Source: Desulfosporosinus acidiphilus SJ4
GTDB taxonomy: Bacteria > Bacillota > Desulfitobacteriia > Desulfitobacteriales > Desulfitobacteriaceae
Assembly: GCF_000255115.2 (NCBI RefSeq)
Contig: NC_018068.1
Coordinates: 1,357,977-1,397,976, forward strand
Length of the DNA: 40,000 bases
Direction of reading: 5' to 3'
The notes under the pieces are model-generated. The model made no database searches. It worked only from the letters and a program-made list of their open reading frames with translations, and was not told the origin of the DNA. The position numbers and the translations under genes are program-made. This document shows positions 14,931 to 22,091 of this stretch, one piece after another; positions within the stretch are counted from its first letter, which is position 1; every line of letters starts with the position of its first letter.

Positions 14931-14977
14931 AAAACATGTCGCTGATGAGCGACTTTGAATAGACGGAGGTCACCGCA

Positions 14978-15184
14978 ATGCAGAAATTTACGCCGCGGCA
15001 AAGCAGCTTTATGGCTAAAACACTACGAGATCTCATTCATGCTTATGGGTTGAGTAAAGAACAATTAGCTGGGCTCGCTAAAGCGTTTGGTGTTCAGGAG
15101 ACCTCCGTCAAAGGAATGGAAGTTGAGTTGATTCGGGCGATGAATGATGGCGAGGACCTGGATTGGAGCAAGAAGAGAAGGTGA
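14978..15184 (+). CDS. Hypothetical 68-aa protein (possible HTH)
   Basis: GGAGG SD. The segment LSKEQLAGLAKAFGVQETSV is HTH-like. This is the first gene after the terminator cluster. Confidence 0.5.
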   Translation: MQKFTPRQSSFMAKTLRDLIHAYGLSKEQLAGLAKAFGVQETSVKGMEVELIRAMNDGEDLDWSKKRR

Positions 15185-15191
15185 TGGACTG

Positions 15192-15548
15192 ATGCCGACC
15201 AAGCCAAAGCGTCCCTGCTCTTATCCAGGTTGTCCCTGGCTAACAGCAGGACGATACTGTGAGCAGCATCAAAAACAAGTGTCCAAAGAATACGATTTAA
15301 GGCGAGGTTCCGCAGCTAGTCGTGGTTATGATTCAAGATGGGCTACGACCCGCAAGCGTTACTTGCGCGAGCATTCCTTGTGTGTAGAGTGCTTAAAGAC
15401 CGGCAAACTCACGCCAGCTAATGTTGTCGATCATGTTATTCCTCATAAAGGAGATATGGTTAAGTTCTGGGATGAATCCAATTGGCAAAGTTTATGTAAA
15501 CGGTGTCATGACAGAAAGACGGCAAAAGAGGATGGACGTTGGGGATAG
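15192..15548 (+). CDS. Phage HNH endonuclease (terminase-associated)
   Basis: CxxC...VDHVIPH...NWQSLCKRCHDRKT HNH core. The position directly upstream of terS is typical of HK97-like cos phages. ATG 15192 is preferred over the ORF-track start 15144. Confidence 0.85.
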   Translation: MPTKPKRPCSYPGCPWLTAGRYCEQHQKQVSKEYDLRRGSAASRGYDSRWATTRKRYLREHSLCVECLKTGKLTPANVVDHVIPHKGDMVKFWDESNWQSLCKRCHDRKTAKEDGRWG

Positions 15549-15733
15549 AAAACGAATGGTGATCCAAGGGGTAGGGGCGGTCATAATCTCTACAGCCTTG
15601 GCAAATATTACCGGGTGCTTGGTCACACGCGAAATTTCGCGAATTCAAAAGGGGAATAAGAAATCTAAAAGCCACATGAGCACTGACGTGTGGCCTTTAA
15701 ATAGTCAAATTTAAATCAAAGAAGGAATGATAT

Positions 15734-16261
15734 ATGGCTCGTGGAGGAGCACGCAAAAATGCCGGACGACCTAAAAAGCCATTGGATGAAAAATTGTTAG
15801 AAGGTAATCCCGGTAAACGCCCATTGACGGTTTTGGCCTTTCCGGAGACAGTGACCCAAGCAGAAGCTCTGCCACCACCACCCGAGTTTTTGGTGGATCT
15901 GGCTAAAGGGGTTGGCAGGTGTCCTAATGCTGAAACTATTTTCGAGAATGTCACTACGTGGTTAGAAAGAACTGGTTGCGTTAATCTGATTCCGCCAGAA
16001 CATGTTACAGAATATAGTTTGCTTAAAGCACGATGGTTGGAATGTGAAGCCATGAACGCTAAACACGGCCTACTTGCCAAACATCCCACCTCCGGACAAC
16101 CGATTGCCTCGCCTTATGTTCGCATGAGTATTGATTATTTGAAAGCCGCTGATTCAGCATGGTCACGTATTTGGAATGTGGTCAGTCAAAATAGTCAGAA
16201 GGAATTTAGAGCGAATAGCCCTCATGAGGATGCCATGGAAAAATTATTAAGTGGCAGGTAA
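15734..16261 (+). CDS. terS: Terminase small subunit, P27 family
   Basis: N-terminal RGGARKNAGRPKKP...LEGNPGKRPL signature of the P27 family. Confidence 0.9.
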   Translation: MARGGARKNAGRPKKPLDEKLLEGNPGKRPLTVLAFPETVTQAEALPPPPEFLVDLAKGVGRCPNAETIFENVTTWLERTGCVNLIPPEHVTEYSLLKARWLECEAMNAKHGLLAKHPTSGQPIASPYVRMSIDYLKAADSAWSRIWNVVSQNSQKEFRANSPHEDAMEKLLSGR

Positions 16262-16284
16262 ATCAATCAAAGTTTAAAAATATT

Positions 16285-16307
16285 GCACGCTGATCAAGCG
16301 TGCTTTT
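16285..16307 (+). terminator. Rho-independent terminator directly after terS
   Basis: Perfect 7-bp stem GCACGCT/AGCGTGC, loop GATCA, then TTTT. Confidence 0.6.
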
Positions 16308-16323
16308 CATATTGGGAGGAACT

Positions 16324-17577
16324 ATGGATATTCAGAAAATACCTGCCGAAAAACTAAATCCAGCGAAATACAACCCTCGTAAAAACTTAAAACCGGGTGA
16401 TACGGATTATGAAAAGCTTCGCCGCTCAATCGAAGAGTTTGGTTATGTAGAACCCGTCATATGGAACAAGCAAACCGGCAACATCGTAGGAGGCCATCAA
16501 CGCTATAAAATATTGACAGAACAAGGTGTCAAAGACATTGACTGTGTTGTGGTTGATATGGATGAGCAGCATGAAAAGGCTTTAAACATTGCACTGAATA
16601 AGGTAGCCGGTGAATGGGATATGCCGCTACTTACGGATTTATTGAAGGACCTAGATGAGTCCGGCTTTGAGGTTTCCTTAACCGGTTTTGAAGCAGAGGA
16701 ACTGGATGAGTTGTTTGGAAACTCAGGCACTGAAGGATCTCAAGAGGTTGAAGAAGACGACTTTGACACGGATGCTGCTGTTGCCAAAATTGAAACTCCG
16801 ATCAGCCAGCGTGGGGATATTTGGCAATTGGGTAAGCATAGACTGATGTGCGGGGATTCGACCTTAAGTGAAGATATGGCTAAACTGATGGACGGACAGC
16901 AGTGTGACCTTGTTCTGACAGATCCTCCCTATAATGTCGACTACCAAGGGGCTACCAAGGATAAGTTGAAAATCCAAAATGACAAGATGGAAGACGATAA
17001 GTTCCTAGCGTTTCTAACCGATGCATTTACCCAGATGTATGAGCATTCCAAAAAGGGTGCTGCGATTTATGTATTTCATGCCGATAGCGAAGGTTACAAT
17101 TTCAGAGCTGCTTTTAAGCATGCAGGTTATACTTTGCGTCAATGCCTAGTGTGGGTAAAGAACTCCATGGTGTTAGGTCGCCAGGACTATCAATGGAGGC
17201 ACGAGCCCATTCTCTACGGCTGGAAAGACGGAGCAAGCCATAGTTGGTACTCAGACCGTAAGCAAACAACGGTTGTAGAATTTGATAAACCTCATAGAAA
17301 TAGTACTCATCCAACAATTAAACCCCTAGGCTTAGTTGGATATTATATAGAAAACTCTAGCAAGGCTGGAGATTTAGTACTCGATCCCTTTTCAGGGAGT
17401 TTTTCAACGGGGATAGCATGCGAACAAACTCATAGGATTTGTTATGGTATGGAAATGGACCCCAAGTATGTGGATGTATGTGCTTCGAGGTATATCGAGC
17501 ATAAAGGCGGGAGCGATGATGTTTATCTGATTCGTAATGGTGAGAAGGTAGCCTGGAAGGATATAAAACAAGTATAA
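16324..17577 (+). CDS. ParB-like N-terminal nuclease domain fused to an N6A/N4C DNA methyltransferase (orphan)
   Basis: ParB-N signature IVGGHQRY. Methyltransferase motif IV LTDPPYN, followed by motif I LDPFSGSFST (beta-class order). ATG 16324 follows GGGAGGA. Confidence 0.85.
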   Translation: MDIQKIPAEKLNPAKYNPRKNLKPGDTDYEKLRRSIEEFGYVEPVIWNKQTGNIVGGHQRYKILTEQGVKDIDCVVVDMDEQHEKALNIALNKVAGEWDMPLLTDLLKDLDESGFEVSLTGFEAEELDELFGNSGTEGSQEVEEDDFDTDAAVAKIETPISQRGDIWQLGKHRLMCGDSTLSEDMAKLMDGQQCDLVLTDPPYNVDYQGATKDKLKIQNDKMEDDKFLAFLTDAFTQMYEHSKKGAAIYVFHADSEGYNFRAAFKHAGYTLRQCLVWVKNSMVLGRQDYQWRHEPILYGWKDGASHSWYSDRKQTTVVEFDKPHRNSTHPTIKPLGLVGYYIENSSKAGDLVLDPFSGSFSTGIACEQTHRICYGMEMDPKYVDVCASRYIEHKGGSDDVYLIRNGEKVAWKDIKQV

Positions 17578-17581
17578 CTTA

Positions 17582-17621
17582 GGAGCGTAAAACGGATATG
17601 TCCGGCTGAACGCTCTTTTTT
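17582..17621 (+). terminator. Terminator-like hairpin after the methyltransferase
   Basis: GGAGCGT...ACGCTCT stem enclosing an inner CGGA/TCCG stem, then TTTTTT. Confidence 0.45.
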
Positions 17622-17857
17622 ATTTCGTAATAAATGAAGGATGTGATCATCTGCGAGATTTAAGAAATCAAAAATTTGGAAATCTGACAGTAAAAGCTGA
17701 AGTTGGTCGAGATAAAGGTGGTCGTGTTCTTTGGTTATGTCTATGTGACTGTGGCAGAGATCATATTGCCAGAGGAACTGCGTTAACATCGAAAAATACA
17801 AAGACATGTGGTAAATGTAACTCGGTAACTTATAGATTATCAGAAGACGGTGACCAC

Positions 17858-18382
17858 ATGGTAATGACATTTTCGAATGGAACTGAGCTTCTAATTGATT
17901 CTGAGGAAGGAAAAAGAGTAAAATCGTACAACTGGTTTCTTAATGAGAAAGGTTATGCATGGGCTAAGATTAATGGACAGCGAATTAGACTCCATCGGTT
18001 TCTCATAAATGCTCCAGCCGATCTCCAGGTGGATCATATCAATAATATAAAAGTTGATAATCGAAAATCTAATCTAAGGCTTGCAACTAATAAAGAAAAT
18101 AGACGAAATGAAGGACTTCGGAAAAGTAACAGTACTGGGGCTAAAGGTGTCAATTTTGATAAGCGTCGTAAAAAATATAGGGCTTATATTACAGTTGATG
18201 GTAGATATATTCATCTTGGATACTATTCCACAATAGAAAAAGCATCCATTGCATACGATCACTCCGCAGAGCAATATTTCGACGAATTCGCTCGCCCAAA
18301 TGATCTCACAACAAAGACCCCCGAGCTGGTGTCATTTTTATTTTCCGGCAAAGAAAAAGAACTTGATTTATCAGCCCGGTAG
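17858..18382 (+). CDS. HNH (HNH_3) plus AP2-domain homing-type endonuclease
   Basis: LHRFLINAPADLQVDHINNIKVDNRKSNLRLATNKEN (HNH_3) and GVNFDKRRKKYRAYITVDGRYIHLGYYSTIEKASIAYD (AP2). The reading frame is open upstream to 17591 (see findings). Confidence 0.8.
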   Translation: MVMTFSNGTELLIDSEEGKRVKSYNWFLNEKGYAWAKINGQRIRLHRFLINAPADLQVDHINNIKVDNRKSNLRLATNKENRRNEGLRKSNSTGAKGVNFDKRRKKYRAYITVDGRYIHLGYYSTIEKASIAYDHSAEQYFDEFARPNDLTTKTPELVSFLFSGKEKELDLSAR

Positions 18383-18424
18383 AGTGATGAATGTACACAA
18401 CCAAAAATGAAAGGTTGTGTACTC

Positions 18425-18610
18425 ATGGTAAACGAACTCAGAAACTACAAAGTCAGACATGTGGGTGGTCGCGAACGGATTGTTCCAGCTAAAAATGGAA
18501 CGGAAGCCAAACGCCAGGCTTGCAGATTTTGGGGCTATAAACCGAACGATTATTGGCTTGGCATTACTGCCTGCTCAGCAAACCTCATTCCTGCCGGAAA
18601 GGTGGGGTGA
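18425..18610 (+). CDS. Hypothetical 61-aa protein
   Basis: ORF immediately after a 10-bp perfect hairpin (18393-18422). No motif recognised. The ORF track opens at ATG 18407, which lies inside the hairpin loop. Confidence 0.4.
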   Translation: MVNELRNYKVRHVGGRERIVPAKNGTEAKRQACRFWGYKPNDYWLGITACSANLIPAGKVG

Positions 18611-18613
18611 GCC

Positions 18614-19429
18614 ATGACGAACGAAACCTTCACCTTAACATTTAAAGTCACAGGACTAGAACGTAAGCAGATTGCCTGTATTATTGGTGAAGCTGTCGGG
18701 CAGGATATTAGCTACGCAGGTGCTCCAAGTTTTTTCTACAGGGCTGGCGATTGGACGATTGACCGGGACAGCGTTATTACTTCCCCAGAAACACCACTCC
18801 ATGATAAAGACAATCTTCGGAAAATACTTGCTGCTTTGAAAGCTGTTGGGGTAATTGCCGAAGGAGACGGAACCGTCACACTTCCACTCGATGGACATTC
18901 TGGAAACACTTTGAGAAACGCGATTAATCTTATTTGGTGTAAGCAGAGTCTATTAAAAAAATCCTTTGATCGGCAGACCGACATGGTACCAGAAAGTCTT
19001 GTAGGTGTAATCAACGCCGTGCCGATTGATACCATGGAAGAGTTTGCCGAGGTCGTAAACAATGGCATTGACCAAGGAACCATCATTGGCGACAGCAACT
19101 TGGATTTCGACCTGGCAGAACAAACGGTAAGTTTTAGCTTCATGAATGCCACCTTGGAATTTGACGAAGTTCTTGCTTTTATAACCTTTTGCCATAAGCT
19201 CAGCGTACAATCGAAACTGCAAAAGTTTAGCTCAACAAAGCAAAAAGAAGCTGTTAATGAAAAATACGCCATGCGCTGCTTCCTTTTAAAATTAGGATTT
19301 ATTACAGAAGAATTCAAAACCGAGCGCAAGATTCTTCTTCAAAAATTAGATGGGAACGCCGCTTTTCGTACGATTGAGGCACAGCAGGCAGCGGAGTCAA
19401 AGCGTAAAACAAAACAGGAGGCGAGTTAA
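18614..19429 (+). CDS. Conserved phage/ICE-associated protein of unknown function
   Basis: 271 aa. The C-terminal segment NEKYAMRCFLLKLGFITEEFKTERKILLQKLDGNAAFR resembles a family I recall being annotated only as virulence-related or hypothetical in Firmicutes mobile elements. Confidence 0.55.
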   Translation: MTNETFTLTFKVTGLERKQIACIIGEAVGQDISYAGAPSFFYRAGDWTIDRDSVITSPETPLHDKDNLRKILAALKAVGVIAEGDGTVTLPLDGHSGNTLRNAINLIWCKQSLLKKSFDRQTDMVPESLVGVINAVPIDTMEEFAEVVNNGIDQGTIIGDSNLDFDLAEQTVSFSFMNATLEFDEVLAFITFCHKLSVQSKLQKFSSTKQKEAVNEKYAMRCFLLKLGFITEEFKTERKILLQKLDGNAAFRTIEAQQAAESKRKTKQEAS

Positions 19430-19668
19430 TGATTAACCAACGAGAAAAAGACAAAATTTTGAGTCAGGAACGATGTTCTCGTTGTGGCAGTCCATTGACG
19501 ATCCGAACAATGTCGAAAATGAATATAGATATCGTATGTATGGACTGCGCGGAAGCTGAAAAAAGCCATCCCCGCTACCAGGAAGCTGCCGATGCCGAAC
19601 TCGAACAAGTCAAAGCCGGAAACTACAATTACTCAGGTCTGTTTGCTGGTGAGAAATACCCGTTCTAA
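19429..19668 (+). CDS. Zinc-ribbon protein (CxxC...CxxC), 79 aa
   Basis: CSRCGSPL...CMDCAEAE. TAATG overlap with the upstream gene. Confidence 0.55.
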   Translation: MINQREKDKILSQERCSRCGSPLTIRTMSKMNIDIVCMDCAEAEKSHPRYQEAADAELEQVKAGNYNYSGLFAGEKYPF

Positions 19669-19704
19669 TATTGGTCAAAAATAAAAGACAGCCCGGAAAG
19701 TTCT

Positions 19705-19749
19705 TTTAAAAATCAAAATCCAAACGCTGCCTATCGTACAATCTAGGCA
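19705..19749 (-). terminator. Candidate terminator for the minus-strand moron
   Basis: TGCCTA/TAGGCA stem (19728-19749), followed on the minus strand by a T-rich tract. Confidence 0.35.
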
Positions 19750-19770
19750 CAACAGGCTAGAGATGTTCCT

Positions 19771-20022
19771 TTATTGCCGCCATAGGATATTGAAAATCAC
19801 TGGGAGGATAATGAGGGTTAAGAGGACAAACAAAAAAATCTGAGCGATTGGATGAGCCCAGTTAACAGTCCTTCCTGCTATGGGCCACATTCTGAAGGCT
19901 TCATGGATATAAGCTTTAGGGACAAACAAGTTTCCATCTTCTTCGTTATAGTAAATTAGGGAGTTGTTATGTGTCCTTCGAAAATCGTCAACTTCCTCAT
20001 CCGTCCATTTTCGTTTGGCCAT
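19771..20022 (-). CDS. DUF5808-like small membrane protein (C-terminal TM)
   Basis: ATG 20022 lies 6 nt after AAGGAGGG. The pattern LIYYNEEDGNLFVPKA...GRTVNWAHP followed by a TM segment recalls DUF5808. It is the only minus-strand gene in the late region. Confidence 0.6.
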   Translation of the reverse strand: MAKRKWTDEEVDDFRRTHNNSLIYYNEEDGNLFVPKAYIHEAFRMWPIAGRTVNWAHPIAQIFLFVLLTLIILPVIFNILWRQ

Positions 20023-20197
20023 ATCTAACCCTCCTTTTCCAATCACTGATATAAAAATATTTTACCATAATTTAGTAATGTAATAAAACAACAAAGATTG
20101 GGTCGATTTATAAGGTTTTAAGTTACCCAGATTCTCGGTAAGAAATTTGTAGAATATTGTAGTATAATTAGCCTAAAAGACATTAGGGGAGAATGAT

Positions 20198-20407
20198 ATG
20201 CAGTTAATTAACCGAGAAGACGAAGATGAAATTAAGGTTGTAATCCATGAATTCTTAATGACAAGTCAGGTTAATTCGCAGGAAAGTATCCCCATTGAGT
20301 TATTAAAATATCTACGTAAAGCGGACAAGAAGATTGAAGACGGTCTCTTGCTTAATGAACTATGTGATTTAATCGAACAGAAACTTCGCAATAGTAATTC
20401 GCGTTAA
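20198..20407 (+). CDS. Hypothetical 69-aa acidic protein
   Basis: GGGGAG SD. TATAAT at 20163-20168 upstream and a terminator downstream. Confidence 0.45.
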   Translation: MQLINREDEDEIKVVIHEFLMTSQVNSQESIPIELLKYLRKADKKIEDGLLLNELCDLIEQKLRNSNSR

Positions 20408-20439
20408 GGTTTAACTTTAATTAGAATATTAATTTTACC

Positions 20440-20467
20440 AAGGAACTTCGTAAGAGGTTCCTTTTTT
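20440..20467 (+). terminator. Rho-independent terminator just upstream of terL
   Basis: Stem AAGGAAC/GTTCCTT, 10-nt loop, then a T-run. Confidence 0.6.
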
Positions 20468-20502
20468 GGTTGCCCTATTTACTATGAAAGGAGGCTGCTA
20501 CC

Positions 20503-22074
20503 ATTGGTAAGAAAACCGAGCCGTACTTGGATAAGGCTAAAGCCGAACATGCCATTCAATTCATCAACCTGCTAAAACACACCAAAGGTGAATGGTATGG
20601 GCAGCCCTTTAACCTGATCCCTTGGCAGGAGACCATTATCCAAGATATTTTTGGGACCATGAAAGCGAATGGTTACCGGCAATATAATACGGCATACATT
20701 GAAATTCCTAAAAAGATGGGAAAAAGTGAACTGGCGGCAGGTATTGCCTTACTTCTGACCTGTGGCGACTTTGAACATGGCGGTGAGATCTACGGCTGTG
20801 CAGCCGACAGACAACAAGCCTCCATTGTTTTTGATGTTGCCGTTGAAATGGTTGAACAGTGCCAAGCCTTGAAGAGCCGGATTAAGCCCGTACTTTCTCA
20901 GAAACGTTTGGTTTATAAACCGCTTAATAGTTTTTATCAGGTGCTATCAGCGGAGTCGTATACAAAACATGGCTTGAATGTTCATGGCGTTGTTTTTGAT
21001 GAATTGCATATTCAGCCCAACCGAGATCTTTATGATGTCATGACGCACGGTTCCGGTGATGCCAGAAAGCAGCCGCTGTATTTTCTGATTACCACTGCGG
21101 GAACCGATCGTCATAGTATCTGCTGGGAGGTTCACCAAAAGGCTGAGGACATTCTACAGGGCCGTAAAGTCGATCCGTCCTTTTACCCAGTGATTTATGG
21201 TGCGGACGATGATGATGACTGGACGGATCCTAAAGTATGGGCCAAAGCGAACCCGTCACTCGGTATCACCGTTGATATTGAGAAATTACAAATTGCTTGC
21301 GAAAATGCCAAGCAAAACCCTGCCGAAGAAAACTTATTTCGCCAACTTAGATTAAACCAGTGGGTCAAACAATCTATTCGCTGGATGCCCATGGAGAAAT
21401 GGGACCATTGCGCCTTCCCAGTTAACTTGGAAAGCCTAAAAGGCCGGGAGTGCTATGCAGGACTAGACCTCTCCAGCACGACGGACATTACAGCGTTTGT
21501 CTTGGTTTTTCCGCCAGAATATGAAGGCGATAAATACCAAGTGGTGCCTTTCTTTTGGCTGCCAGAAGATAATCTGGATCTAAGAGTGCGCCGTGACCAC
21601 GTTCCCTATGATACTTGGGAAAAGCAAGGCTTCCTAAAGACTACAGAAGGGAACGTTGTCCACTACGGATTTATAGAAACCTTCATCGAAGAACTTGGCA
21701 AGAATTACAACATTAAAGAAATCGCCTTCGACCGCTGGGGAGCCGTCCAGATGACGCAGAACCTTGAGGGCCTTGGCTTTACCGTGGTTCCTTTTGGTCA
21801 GGGCTATAAAGATATGTCTCCTTCCAGTAAAGAACTCATGAAGCTGACCTTGGAAGGAAAACTGGCCCACTCCGGCCACCCGGTACTTCGCTGGATGATG
21901 GATAATATCTACGTTAAAACTGACCCGGCGGGTAATATCAAACCGGACAAAGAAAAGAGCACCGAGCGCATTGATGGTGCCGTCGCTTTAATTATGGCCT
22001 TAGACCGTGCGCTCCGCCATGAAAACAATGACTCAAGCGATGTGTACAACCAGCGAGGAATGCGCAGTCTGTAA
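20503..22074 (+). CDS. terL: Terminase large subunit (Terminase_1 / HK97-like)
   Basis: Walker A-like EIPKKMGKSE, Walker B VVFDELH, and a nuclease-domain Asp cluster (GLDLSSTTD, ERIDGAVA). The start is uncertain. ATT 20503 lies 8 nt after AAAGGAGG. The ORF-track start TTG 20527 has no SD. Confidence 0.9.
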   Translation: MGKKTEPYLDKAKAEHAIQFINLLKHTKGEWYGQPFNLIPWQETIIQDIFGTMKANGYRQYNTAYIEIPKKMGKSELAAGIALLLTCGDFEHGGEIYGCAADRQQASIVFDVAVEMVEQCQALKSRIKPVLSQKRLVYKPLNSFYQVLSAESYTKHGLNVHGVVFDELHIQPNRDLYDVMTHGSGDARKQPLYFLITTAGTDRHSICWEVHQKAEDILQGRKVDPSFYPVIYGADDDDDWTDPKVWAKANPSLGITVDIEKLQIACENAKQNPAEENLFRQLRLNQWVKQSIRWMPMEKWDHCAFPVNLESLKGRECYAGLDLSSTTDITAFVLVFPPEYEGDKYQVVPFFWLPEDNLDLRVRRDHVPYDTWEKQGFLKTTEGNVVHYGFIETFIEELGKNYNIKEIAFDRWGAVQMTQNLEGLGFTVVPFGQGYKDMSPSSKELMKLTLEGKLAHSGHPVLRWMMDNIYVKTDPAGNIKPDKEKSTERIDGAVALIMALDRALRHENNDSSDVYNQRGMRSL

Positions 22075-22091
22075 GAGGGAGGTGAGACAGT

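Noticed and set aside
15421-15714. 97-aa + strand ORF overlapping the HNH 3' end and the cos spacer. Also the minus-strand ORFs 15460-15675 and 15697-16089.
   Set aside because: They overlap motif-supported genes (HNH, terS), have no SD, and their composition is consistent with out-of-frame read-through.
18393-18422. Perfect 10-bp hairpin GTACACAACC/GGTTGTGTAC after the HNH-AP2 gene, considered as a terminator
   Set aside because: No T-run follows. It may modulate translation of the next small ORF, but on its own it is not convincing as a terminator.
18736-19329. 197-aa minus-strand ORF (plus 18656-18898 and 18953-19222) inside the 271-aa gene
   Set aside because: It is long, but it is antisense to a + strand gene that is translationally coupled on both sides. 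No SD or promoter context.
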